A stretch of DNA of 38,114 nucleotides from Dehalococcoidia bacterium. Its GTDB lineage: Bacteria > Chloroflexota > Dehalococcoidia > GIF9 > AB-539-J10. The stretch lies in the NCBI GenBank assembly GCA_021162245.1, contig JAGGZD010000029.1, forward strand, positions 1 to 38,114, read 5' to 3'. The position numbers and the translations under genes were made by a program. Positions 1 to 8,519 of this stretch are shown here, piece by piece (position 1 is the stretch's first letter; each line of letters begins with the position of its first letter). The notes beneath the pieces were generated by a model. It ran no database searches, was not told where the DNA came from, and saw only the letters and a program-made list of their open reading frames with translations.

Positions 1-256
1 GTTCGAGGAATTACTGGTTATGAAAGAGAATAAAAAGGAGGAATCCCGCCAGACTCTCCTAACCACTTCTGTCCAATGATAGGGGTGCAGTCCACCTTTT
101 TTATATACCTTTTTGCCACCCTTTCTACATACAGGTCTATTTCTGGACTCATCGCTTCCTCATATTGCTCTGGGAGCATTGTCTTTCATGAGTATATAGC
201 CAGGTAAGGGTAAAGGCAACTGAGTTGGAAGGATTTGAACTTCTAACTATGCCGTT

Positions 257-1327
257 TTAGGAGATGTACTTATTCTGAATAAGGAGTTCAGCTACAAGAA
301 CTGCACCCTTGGCGGCTGCCATCTTGGTATTATGAGATACTAGGAGGTACTTAATACCGTTTTTCAGGACGGTGTCTTTCCTGATTCTTCCTACCGTGGT
401 GGCCATGCCGTCATCGGTGTCGCGGTCAAGTCGTGGTTGGGGCCTGAAGGGGTCATCGAGCACAATTACTGGTTGTTCTGGAGCTGAGGGCAGATTGGTC
501 TCGCCTACGTATTCTCTCATGACTTGTGCAACATCTTTTGCCGCACAAGCTTTTTGGGTGGAGACGAAAACTGATTCTGTATGTCCCTCGCGCACGTTGA
601 TGCGGGTGCAGGTACTGCTTACATTGAATTGTGCTGGTTTGACTGAAGTGCCGTTGAAATTACCCAGGATCTTCTGTGTTTCGCGCTGTGTCTTTTCTTC
701 CTCTCCTGGAATAAAAGGGATGACATTATCCAGAATGTCGATACCCAGTACTCCGGGGCTTCGTCCTGCGCCTGACATAGCTTGCATCGAAGTCATTATG
801 ACAGCGTTTATGCCAAAGGTTTTATAGATTGGTTTTAGTGTTATTACCAGGCCACAGGTGGTGCAGTTAGGAATGGGTGTAATAAATCCTTTCCACCCTC
901 GTGATTTTCTTTGAATATCAAGCAATTTGGCATGCTCGGAATTAATACCTGGAATTAGAATGGGGACATCGTCATCATAGCGGAAGGCTGAAGCAGTGCT
1001 TATAACTGGCTTATTAATGGCAAACTTCGGTTCGAGTATCTTTGCCTGGTCGGATTCTATGGCGGAAAAAACGATGTCTATATTTGAGGTGTTCATCTTG
1101 ATAGCGTTCTGGACTTCCATTCCCATGACTTCTTCCACAGGAGGCTCCTCGCAGAACCAGCGTAAAGCTCCTGATTGAGCTGAGGTTATCGCCTCTTTGT
1201 AACTGCGATTCGCTGACCTCTCAGAGGCAGCAAGCGCTGCGATTTCAATCCATGGGTGGCTTTCCAGGGCAACTATAAATTGCTGACCTACAATTCCTGT
1301 GGCGCCCACAATAGCGGCTTTTAGCAT
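257..1327 (-). CDS. asd: aspartate-semialdehyde dehydrogenase (short archaeal-like type)
   Basis: 356-aa ORF. It has an N-terminal Rossmann motif IVGATGIVGQ, an active-site context IPNCTTCG and a C-terminal SHNTKMAAAKGAV, all typical of ASADH. Confidence 0.9.
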   Translation of the reverse strand: MLKAAIVGATGIVGQQFIVALESHPWIEIAALAASERSANRSYKEAITSAQSGALRWFCEEPPVEEVMGMEVQNAIKMNTSNIDIVFSAIESDQAKILEPKFAINKPVISTASAFRYDDDVPILIPGINSEHAKLLDIQRKSRGWKGFITPIPNCTTCGLVITLKPIYKTFGINAVIMTSMQAMSGAGRSPGVLGIDILDNVIPFIPGEEEKTQRETQKILGNFNGTSVKPAQFNVSSTCTRINVREGHTESVFVSTQKACAAKDVAQVMREYVGETNLPSAPEQPVIVLDDPFRPQPRLDRDTDDGMATTVGRIRKDTVLKNGIKYLLVSHNTKMAAAKGAVLVAELLIQNKYIS

Positions 1328-1406
1328 TGTTATCTCTCCTTTTTGCTCTTTGATGGCACCTGTTTCTGCTTAACTCATGTGTATAGATGCCAGTGACTGA
1401 GCAACT

Positions 1407-2519
1407 CTATAATATTACCATATTATTTCTATGTATTATCTCGTCCCCGTATCCGTGCCCTAGTAGACTTAAGATTTTGTCAGAATGCGCTCCTTTGATA
1501 ATAACCATATCCGCAGAGCTGTAGTTGGAAATGCCACAAGCAATGTGGGTGCCTTCTTCATTTATGATGTCTACAATGTCGCCTCGCTGGAAGTTGCCAT
1601 CTATTTTTGCAATGCCAGCAGAGAGCAAGCTTTTACTTTGCTCCTTAAGCGCTAGAACAGCGCCTCTATCCACTACTAGTCTGCCTTTAGAAGCTAATCC
1701 GCTGAGCATCCATCTCTTTCTGCTTTCCATCTTATTTACTTGGGCTGGGAAAAAGGTACCTGTGTTCTCGCCATGACTAATTTTCAGCAAAGCATCACGT
1801 TCACGACCATCGGCAATGATTACGTGTACTCCTGAAGAAGTAGCTAGTTTAGCTGCTTCAATCTTGGTTACCATGCCTCCAGTCCCTTGGCAGGTAACAG
1901 TATTACTGGCTAAGTGCTTAATTTTAGCGTCAATCTTGTCCACTCGACGGATGAGCTGAGCCTCAGGGTTATGATGTGGATCAGCAGTGTATAGACCTTT
2001 TGTATCTGTGAGCAATATCAGGAGGTCAGCATCAATTAGATTGGCCACCATGGCTGAAAGATTATCATTATCTCCAAACTTAAACTCTTTAATCTCATCG
2101 AGGGCGACGATGTCGTTCTCGTTAATGATACAGATTACCTTAAGGTCGATGAGAGTCAGTAATGTATTGCGGGCGTTAAGATAGCCAGCTCGGTCGCGAA
2201 GGTCTCTCTTGGTAAGCAATGCTTGAGCTATAGTTATGTCATACTGGCTGAAAAGTTCTTCATAGGTGTGCATAAGGTGGGTTTGCCCTACTGAAGCTAG
2301 GACTTGTTTAAGAGGTGTGCCCTTGTGTTCCGGGATTGCTTCGAGTTTCTGTCTCCCCGCGGCGATAGCTCCAGAGGAAACTATTATTACTTCTTTCCCC
2401 TGGCGGTGAAGTTGAGCTAGTTGTTGTACCAGGTTAGCCATGATCGACAGATCGAGGTGGTCTGTGCCTGAAGTAAGGAGACTTGTGCCAAGTTTGGCTA
2501 CTATGCGATGATAAGACAT
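1407..2519 (-). CDS. proB: glutamate 5-kinase with C-terminal PUA domain
   Basis: 370-aa ORF with amino-acid-kinase motifs IVSSGAIAAGR and FGDNDNLSAMVA. The C-terminal roughly 90 aa (GRLVVDRGAVLAL...GDIVDI) look like a PUA domain. Confidence 0.9.
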   Translation of the reverse strand: MSYHRIVAKLGTSLLTSGTDHLDLSIMANLVQQLAQLHRQGKEVIIVSSGAIAAGRQKLEAIPEHKGTPLKQVLASVGQTHLMHTYEELFSQYDITIAQALLTKRDLRDRAGYLNARNTLLTLIDLKVICIINENDIVALDEIKEFKFGDNDNLSAMVANLIDADLLILLTDTKGLYTADPHHNPEAQLIRRVDKIDAKIKHLASNTVTCQGTGGMVTKIEAAKLATSSGVHVIIADGRERDALLKISHGENTGTFFPAQVNKMESRKRWMLSGLASKGRLVVDRGAVLALKEQSKSLLSAGIAKIDGNFQRGDIVDIINEEGTHIACGISNYSSADMVIIKGAHSDKILSLLGHGYGDEIIHRNNMVIL

Positions 2520-2549
2520 TGCCTCGAATTATAGCAATGCTATAGAAGG

Positions 2550-2578
2550 TCAACAAGCCAAGCAAACATTGTTATACT
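2550..2578 (+). promoter_or_regulatory. candidate sigma70-type promoter for mfd (TCAACA-17 nt-TATACT)
   Basis: The hexamers were read directly from the sequence. The -10 box ends 6 nt before the mfd ATG, and no Shine-Dalgarno (SD) sequence sits at a normal distance. Confidence 0.3.
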
Positions 2579-2584
2579 TTAAGG

Positions 2585-5500
2585 ATGAATCTCTCCTGTT
2601 TACTTTCTCTGTTTAAGGAAACACCTGCCTATAAGCAGTTGGTGGAACAGCTCGTTGCGTTCAATGGTAAGCAGAAAGTGGTGGTACTCGGGGTTGCAAA
2701 ACCCTTTCTCATAGCTGCCCTTCACGAAGAATTTAGTCTGCCCCTTATAATAGTAACTGCTCAACCTGAGGATGCTAAAGGACTATATGAGCAGCTTAAA
2801 ATCTGGTGTTCGCCCTCAGTCAATTTGATGCATTTCCCCGAAGTGGATTTCTCTCCATATGAATATTTTACCTCCTATCCCCGCAAGGCGATGATGGAGC
2901 GATTACAGGTATTAGCTAGTCTATCTCTTTATGGGGCCTTTGCCTCCCGTCACTCTGAACGCAGGGAAGAATCTTATGTCGCTGACGGGAAGCTCTACGA
3001 AAAATCTGGATGCCCTTCTCTTTCATTTCCTTCAGGGCTTGGGGTGACAGCTAAACAGCATCCCTTGACAGTAGCTTCAGCCCTGGCAATAGTAAGTAAA
3101 ACTATCCCTGTGGAAGATTTTGCTCGCGCCCGGCATTTTTTACGGCGAGGTATGACTGCTGATCCTGTAGCCCTGTTACGCAAGTGGCAGAGTGTGGGTT
3201 ACGAAATGGAGGATGTAGTTGAAATACCGGGGACGATGAGCAGACGAGGTGGTATCATTGATATTTTCCCTGTCTGTAGCCAATTCCCGGCCCGAATAGA
3301 GTTTCTGGGCAACCAGATAGAGAGCATGAGGTTGTTCAATCCTGAAAGTCAATGCTCAATCGAACCAATTTCTTTGTTAAATATCACTCCTGCTAAGGAA
3401 CTCCTGATGTCTCCAGGGAGACAGATGATTAATGCCTTGGATTTGGATAGTTGTACTGCCGAGGTAAAAACACACTTTGAGGAAGATATAGCCAGATTGC
3501 AACAGGGGCAATGGTTCTCAGGTGCAGAGTTTTATTCCCCCTTGTTTAATACTGCTGATGTTTTTGATTATCTATGCTCTAATGCTCTCATTATCCTCGA
3601 CTCAGCGGAGCAAATTGAGGTTGTAATTGAAAGGATAAACAGAGAAGCTCAAGAATTAAGAGAGGCAAAGTTGGGAAATGCCGTGCTGCCCAGGGGATTC
3701 CCATCTCCCTATTTTACCTGGGAGGAATTGGAATCAAAAGTAAAGGCAAGACAATGGCTGGATCTAGAGTCATGGAATACTGCTTTAGTTCCAGGTTCCG
3801 ATGAGCTTCCAGATGAGAATCATCGACAGACTTTGCCCTTTAGTTTAGCTGCTAGCTACGCAGGTGATTTAGGAAGATTCCTTCGGGAAGCCAAACAAAT
3901 GATACAGCAAAAACAACGAGTAGTTGTGGTTAGCAACCAGACCAGTCGCTTAGCCGAGCTTTTTCAGGGGGAAGAAGTGTATGTTTCTCCCACTTCAAAA
4001 ATGGAGGAAGTCCCACCTTGTGGCTCAATCACCTTGTTGCAGGGCTCATTGGGTGAAGGGTGGGTGATGAATCATGAGCTGAACTTGATTACCGATGCTG
4101 AACTTTTTGGTTTTGTGAAGCAGAGGCGCCTAAGTAAGAAAGAACCTATACGACGCCAGTGGCTTCTCCCTCAACTAAACCCTGGTGACTATGTGGTCCA
4201 TATTGACCACGGCGTCGGCAGATTCAGTGGACTAAATCAGGTGTCTGCTGGAGGAGTTGAACGGGAGTATCTTGTTTTAGAGTATGCTGCTGGCGATAGG
4301 CTCTATGTGCCTGTAGAGCAGATTGGGCGTGTCAGCCCTTATGTTGGGACCAGTGACCGCCCGCCAGTTTTGAACCGATTAGGGACTCAAGAGTGGCAAA
4401 GAACAAAGAAAGCAGTGGAGCAGTCGGTGGCTGATATTGCTCAAGAGTTACTGAGCCTTTACGCTAACAGAGAGGTAACGACGGGTTTTGCTTTTTCTCC
4501 TGATACTTTATGGCAACAAGAACTGGAGGCTTCATTCCCTTATCTAGAAACACCTGACCAGGCTGAGGTAGTGTTCGCTATTAAGGAAGACATGGAGAAA
4601 GCTAGGCCAATGGATCGACTCATTTGTGGGGATGTGGGTTATGGTAAAACTGAAGTAGCCTTGCGGGCTGCGTTTAAGGCAGTGATGGACAATAAGCAAG
4701 TGGCTATATTAGTCCCTACAACCATACTGGCTCAACAGCACTTTGCTACCTTTATCCAGAGGTTACAGCCATTCCCTTTAAAAATCGGTGTGCTGAGTCG
4801 CTTTTGCTCTCCGGAGAAAGAAAGAGAAACTATCGTAGGCTTGGCTAATGGCACGGTGGATATATGTATTGGCACTCATCGTTTATTACAGAAAGATGTT
4901 GCCTTTAAAGACCTGGGATTGGTGATAATTGATGAGGAACAGCGATTCGGCGTAGCACAGAAGGAAAAACTTAAGCAAATGAGGAGAGAGGTAGATGTTC
5001 TGACTCTAACTGCTACACCTATTCCGCGCACACTTCATATGTCTCTAACAGGCATTAGGGATATGAGCATTATAGAAACGTCTCCTGAGGAACGTTTATC
5101 TATTAAAACCTATGTAGGTGCTTATGATGATGTTTTAGTCCGAGAGGCGATATTGCGTGAACTGGAGAGGAATGGCCAGGTTTTTTTCGTTCACAATCGG
5201 GTTCAAAGCATTCCCTTCGTGGCCAGCAGATTGCAATCTCTGGTACCTGAAGCGGAAATAAGTATAGCCCATGGGCAAATGCATGAAGATGAATTGGGGA
5301 AGGTGATGGCAGATTTTATGGCTGGCCGCTGCGATATTCTGGTGGCTACTACCATTATCCAGTTGGGTCTGGATATGCCTAATGTCAATACATTAATTGT
5401 AGACCAGGCCGATAAATTTGGCTTAACCCAGCTTTATCAATTAAGAGGCAGGATAGGACGTGGGATTAACCAGGCTTACGCCTATTTTCTCTTTGATAAA

Positions 5501-6172
5501 GGGAAGCAGTTAACTCTACAGGCTCATAAGAGACTCAGGACTATTTTTGAAATTACAGAGTTGGGTGCTGGATTTGGCATAGCCATGAAAGATTTGGAAA
5601 TTCGTGGGGCAGGGAATCTCCTGGGCGCTGAGCAAAGTGGTCATGTGGCTGCTGTAGGTTTTGACCTCTATTCTCAAATGCTAGCTGAAGCAGTGGAGAA
5701 GTTGAAATTGGGACAAGAAGGTGAAGGCAAGAGGAATGTCTGCGTCGACAAAACGAAGCAGGTTCCTAGCGTAGCGTTGCCACTGAGTGCCTATATACCG
5801 GAAGAATACGTATCTAAGTTGAGCACTCGCTTAAATCTTTATCGCAAATTGGTAAATATAGGGCGTATTGAGGAAATAAGGAATATGGCCCAAGAGCTCA
5901 GAGACAGGTTTGGTGCCTTACCGCAGCAAGTGGAAGGGTTGCTTTACATAATAGAGATAAAAATACGGGCAGCTAAAGCAGGAGTGGGGTCTATCTATAC
6001 CCAGGGGAAACAAGTGGTGCTAAGCCCAGTTGCTGAGAGGATGTCGCTCAGTGCGTCTTGCCTGCGAAAGTATGAGTACGCAATTAAGATTGGTGCTAGC
6101 CAGCTTAGATTAGATACTAAACGCCTGGGTAATAAATGGCAGGAGGTGCTACAGGAACTGCTTGGAGGATAG
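2585..6172 (+). CDS. mfd: transcription-repair coupling factor
   Basis: 1195-aa ORF. It has a CarD/RNAP-interaction region (GDYVVHIDHGVGRF, RLYVPVEQ) and SF2 helicase motifs GDVGYGKTEVA, IIDEEQRFG and TATPIPRTL. Confidence 0.95.
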   Translation: MNLSCLLSLFKETPAYKQLVEQLVAFNGKQKVVVLGVAKPFLIAALHEEFSLPLIIVTAQPEDAKGLYEQLKIWCSPSVNLMHFPEVDFSPYEYFTSYPRKAMMERLQVLASLSLYGAFASRHSERREESYVADGKLYEKSGCPSLSFPSGLGVTAKQHPLTVASALAIVSKTIPVEDFARARHFLRRGMTADPVALLRKWQSVGYEMEDVVEIPGTMSRRGGIIDIFPVCSQFPARIEFLGNQIESMRLFNPESQCSIEPISLLNITPAKELLMSPGRQMINALDLDSCTAEVKTHFEEDIARLQQGQWFSGAEFYSPLFNTADVFDYLCSNALIILDSAEQIEVVIERINREAQELREAKLGNAVLPRGFPSPYFTWEELESKVKARQWLDLESWNTALVPGSDELPDENHRQTLPFSLAASYAGDLGRFLREAKQMIQQKQRVVVVSNQTSRLAELFQGEEVYVSPTSKMEEVPPCGSITLLQGSLGEGWVMNHELNLITDAELFGFVKQRRLSKKEPIRRQWLLPQLNPGDYVVHIDHGVGRFSGLNQVSAGGVEREYLVLEYAAGDRLYVPVEQIGRVSPYVGTSDRPPVLNRLGTQEWQRTKKAVEQSVADIAQELLSLYANREVTTGFAFSPDTLWQQELEASFPYLETPDQAEVVFAIKEDMEKARPMDRLICGDVGYGKTEVALRAAFKAVMDNKQVAILVPTTILAQQHFATFIQRLQPFPLKIGVLSRFCSPEKERETIVGLANGTVDICIGTHRLLQKDVAFKDLGLVIIDEEQRFGVAQKEKLKQMRREVDVLTLTATPIPRTLHMSLTGIRDMSIIETSPEERLSIKTYVGAYDDVLVREAILRELERNGQVFFVHNRVQSIPFVASRLQSLVPEAEISIAHGQMHEDELGKVMADFMAGRCDILVATTIIQLGLDMPNVNTLIVDQADKFGLTQLYQLRGRIGRGINQAYAYFLFDKGKQLTLQAHKRLRTIFEITELGAGFGIAMKDLEIRGAGNLLGAEQSGHVAAVGFDLYSQMLAEAVEKLKLGQEGEGKRNVCVDKTKQVPSVALPLSAYIPEEYVSKLSTRLNLYRKLVNIGRIEEIRNMAQELRDRFGALPQQVEGLLYIIEIKIRAAKAGVGSIYTQGKQVVLSPVAERMSLSASCLRKYEYAIKIGASQLRLDTKRLGNKWQEVLQELLGG

Positions 6173-6206
6173 AGTGCTTGTTCAAGACACTTCTGCCCTG
6201 GAGAGA

Positions 6207-6230
6207 ATTGCGATAAAATTTCTTCGCAAT
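6207..6230. repeat. perfect inverted repeat ATTGCGA-N10-TCGCAAT in the mfd-hpt spacer
   Basis: The 7-bp arms were read directly from the sequence. No T-run follows, so it is not a canonical intrinsic terminator. Its function is unknown. Confidence 0.5.
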
Positions 6231-6268
6231 GACACAAACCTCGGGGAAAGTAGTAAACTATATGGGTA

Positions 6269-6799
6269 ATGTGTTGCTGCAAACATCGATTGGAAATTTT
6301 TATCAGTCACGAGGAAATTGCTCGGAGTGTTGCCAGGCTAGCCTCCGAAATAAATCATGATTACGGAGGGAAGGCACTTTTGCTTATCGGTGTTCTAAAA
6401 GGCTCATTTGTGTTTATGGCTGACCTGATCCGCCAGCTTGATTTGCCCGTGGAGGTGGATTTTATCAGGCTCTCCAGCTATGGCGCTGCCAGGGAAAGCT
6501 CGGGTAAAGTTAAAGTAATTCAGGAGCTTAATGTGTCGGTAAAGGGTAGGGATGTTCTGATAATTGAAGATATTGTGGATACTGGCGGGACAATCTCTTT
6601 TTTGTTGCATTACTTAAAAAGAAAAAAACCTGCTTCACTGAGACTTTGCGCCTTAATGGATAAGCCGTCTCGTCGCCAAATCCCCGTATCTATTGACTAT
6701 CTTGGCTTTACCGTGCCAGATAAATTTATTGTTGGCTATGGCCTCGATTTCGATGAAAAGTTTCGCTATTTGCCTGACATCTGTTTTATGGGGGATTAA
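6269..6799 (+). CDS. hpt: hypoxanthine(-guanine) phosphoribosyltransferase
   Basis: 176-aa ORF with the PRPP-binding loop VLIIEDIVDTGGT and the C-terminal VGYGLDF motif. The exact start is uncertain. Confidence 0.9.
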   Translation: MCCCKHRLEIFISHEEIARSVARLASEINHDYGGKALLLIGVLKGSFVFMADLIRQLDLPVEVDFIRLSSYGAARESSGKVKVIQELNVSVKGRDVLIIEDIVDTGGTISFLLHYLKRKKPASLRLCALMDKPSRRQIPVSIDYLGFTVPDKFIVGYGLDFDEKFRYLPDICFMGD

Positions 6800-6802
6800 A
6801 CA

Positions 6803-8491
6803 GTGAATTTGAAAAGTATTATTGCTGTAGCTAGAGGTGAAATGCCAGCTGATTTAGTGCTAAAGAATGCTCGTGTAATAAATACTTTTATCGGCGAGGT
6901 GGAACAGTGTGATGTAGCTATTTGTGGCGATAGGGTTGCTGGTATAGGGGATTACAAGGAGGCCAGAAAGAGCATTGATTTGCATGGCGATTATCTGGCC
7001 CCGGGATTGATTGATGGCCATACTCATGTAGAAAGCTCTATGCTTCACCCAGTGAGATATGCTCAGGCGGTGGTTCCTAGAGGTACTCTGACTGTGGTTA
7101 CTGATTTGCATGAAATCGCTAACGTCTGTGGAACTGAAGGTGTGAAATTTGTTACAAACTGGGCACATAAGTTGCCCCTGGATATGATGCTTATGATTCC
7201 CTCCTGTGTGCCAGCAACTACACTGGAGACATCAGGTGCTCGAATTAACGCTGATGATGTAAAAAATCTTTTGTCACACCCTGATGTCATTGGTTTGGGG
7301 GAGGTGATGAATTTTCCTGGCGTGATCAATGGGGATGAAGATGTATTAGCTAAGATTAGTGCCACTGAGGGCAGAGTTATTGATGGACACGCTCCTGGAG
7401 TAGGAGGCAGGGAGTTGAACGCCTATATAGCAGCGGGCGTTCTTTCTGACCATGAATCCACTACGTTGGAAGAAGGCAGAGAAAAGCTGAAGCGAGGAAT
7501 GTATTTGATGATTCGGGAAGGCTCTTCTGAGAAGAATTTAGAGGCTCTTCTGCCTTTGGTTACTGACAATACTTATAAGAGATGTCTCTTCGTAGTGGAT
7601 GACCGGAGTTGTGCTGATCTTCTCTACCAGGGTGATATTGATGCTGTAGTGAGGGAAGCTATTAACAAAGGTTTGGATCCAGTTCGGGCAATTCAGCTGG
7701 CAACAATTAACCCTGCTGAGTATTTCCGTCTTCATGATAGAGGCGGTATCGCTCCTGGTTATCTGGCTGACCTTATCACAATCACTGACCTTCCCAAACT
7801 GACAATAGACAGGGTGTTTTATAAAGGTAAGCTGGTGGCAAAGCAGGGCAAGCCTTTGTTTGCCCTGCCACGACTGAAGGCAGATAGCTATCAGATGATG
7901 GCTAAGTCAGTGTGTATTAAGCCGCTTACTACAGAATCGCTGAAGTTAATCGCCAAAGGGGAGACTTATCCGGTTATTGAAATTGTGCCCGGGCAGATAA
8001 TTACCAAGAAAAGAATAGGAAAAGTAAAAATCGTGGGTGGGGCAATTGTGTCTGACCTGGATAAGGATATCTTGAAGCTCGTGGTGGTGGAAAGACATAA
8101 AGCCAGTGGTAATATTGGGCTGGGGCTGGTTAAGGGGTTTGGTTTAAGGGGAGGAGCATTAGCGTCCTCTATAGCTCATGATTCTCATAATATAATAGCT
8201 GTAGGTTCTAATGACGATGATATTCTTAGAGCAATTGAGGAGATAGTTGAGATGCAAGGTGGGCTGGTTGTCTGTGCCAACCGTGAAATTCTTGCCTCCC
8301 TGTCACTGCCTATAGCCGGTCTACTTTCCCCCGAACCCTTAGAGGAAGTTGTAACTCAATTTGAAAAACTGGGGAAGACTGCTGCTGGCCTGGGGGACTT
8401 GCCCCCGGCTCCTTTCTCTATCCTTTCTTTTCTGGCTTTGCCTGTCATTCCCGAATTGAGACTGACTGATTTAGGGCTGGTGTCGCTGTAA
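6803..8491 (+). CDS. ade: adenine deaminase (amidohydrolase superfamily)
   Basis: 562-aa ORF with a GTG start. It has the metal-binding motif GLIDGHTHVESS, and its length and C-terminal domain match Ade-type adenine deaminases. Confidence 0.85.
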   Translation: MNLKSIIAVARGEMPADLVLKNARVINTFIGEVEQCDVAICGDRVAGIGDYKEARKSIDLHGDYLAPGLIDGHTHVESSMLHPVRYAQAVVPRGTLTVVTDLHEIANVCGTEGVKFVTNWAHKLPLDMMLMIPSCVPATTLETSGARINADDVKNLLSHPDVIGLGEVMNFPGVINGDEDVLAKISATEGRVIDGHAPGVGGRELNAYIAAGVLSDHESTTLEEGREKLKRGMYLMIREGSSEKNLEALLPLVTDNTYKRCLFVVDDRSCADLLYQGDIDAVVREAINKGLDPVRAIQLATINPAEYFRLHDRGGIAPGYLADLITITDLPKLTIDRVFYKGKLVAKQGKPLFALPRLKADSYQMMAKSVCIKPLTTESLKLIAKGETYPVIEIVPGQIITKKRIGKVKIVGGAIVSDLDKDILKLVVVERHKASGNIGLGLVKGFGLRGGALASSIAHDSHNIIAVGSNDDDILRAIEEIVEMQGGLVVCANREILASLSLPIAGLLSPEPLEEVVTQFEKLGKTAAGLGDLPPAPFSILSFLALPVIPELRLTDLGLVSL

Positions 8492-8519
8492 CTGAGGACT
8501 GTTGCTTGTTGGCTGATTT

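Noticed and set aside
1-20. GTTCGAGGA at the left edge and GGATTTGAAC at 231-240 resemble tRNA T-loop sequences.
   Set aside because: The flanking bases do not form a 5-bp T-stem, because the G53-C61 pairing fails. For the second site the rest of the putative tRNA would fall inside the asd coding region.
372-827. Long antisense ORFs lie inside confidently assigned genes. They are 372-827, 9285-9779, 11847-12221, 13043-13480, 25111-25638, 27310-27801 and 34223-34711, plus many of 60-100 aa.
   Set aside because: They are shadow ORFs opposite genes with strong family motifs. Their translations are low-complexity or Ser/Leu/Arg-rich, with no recognisable motifs and no SD sequences.
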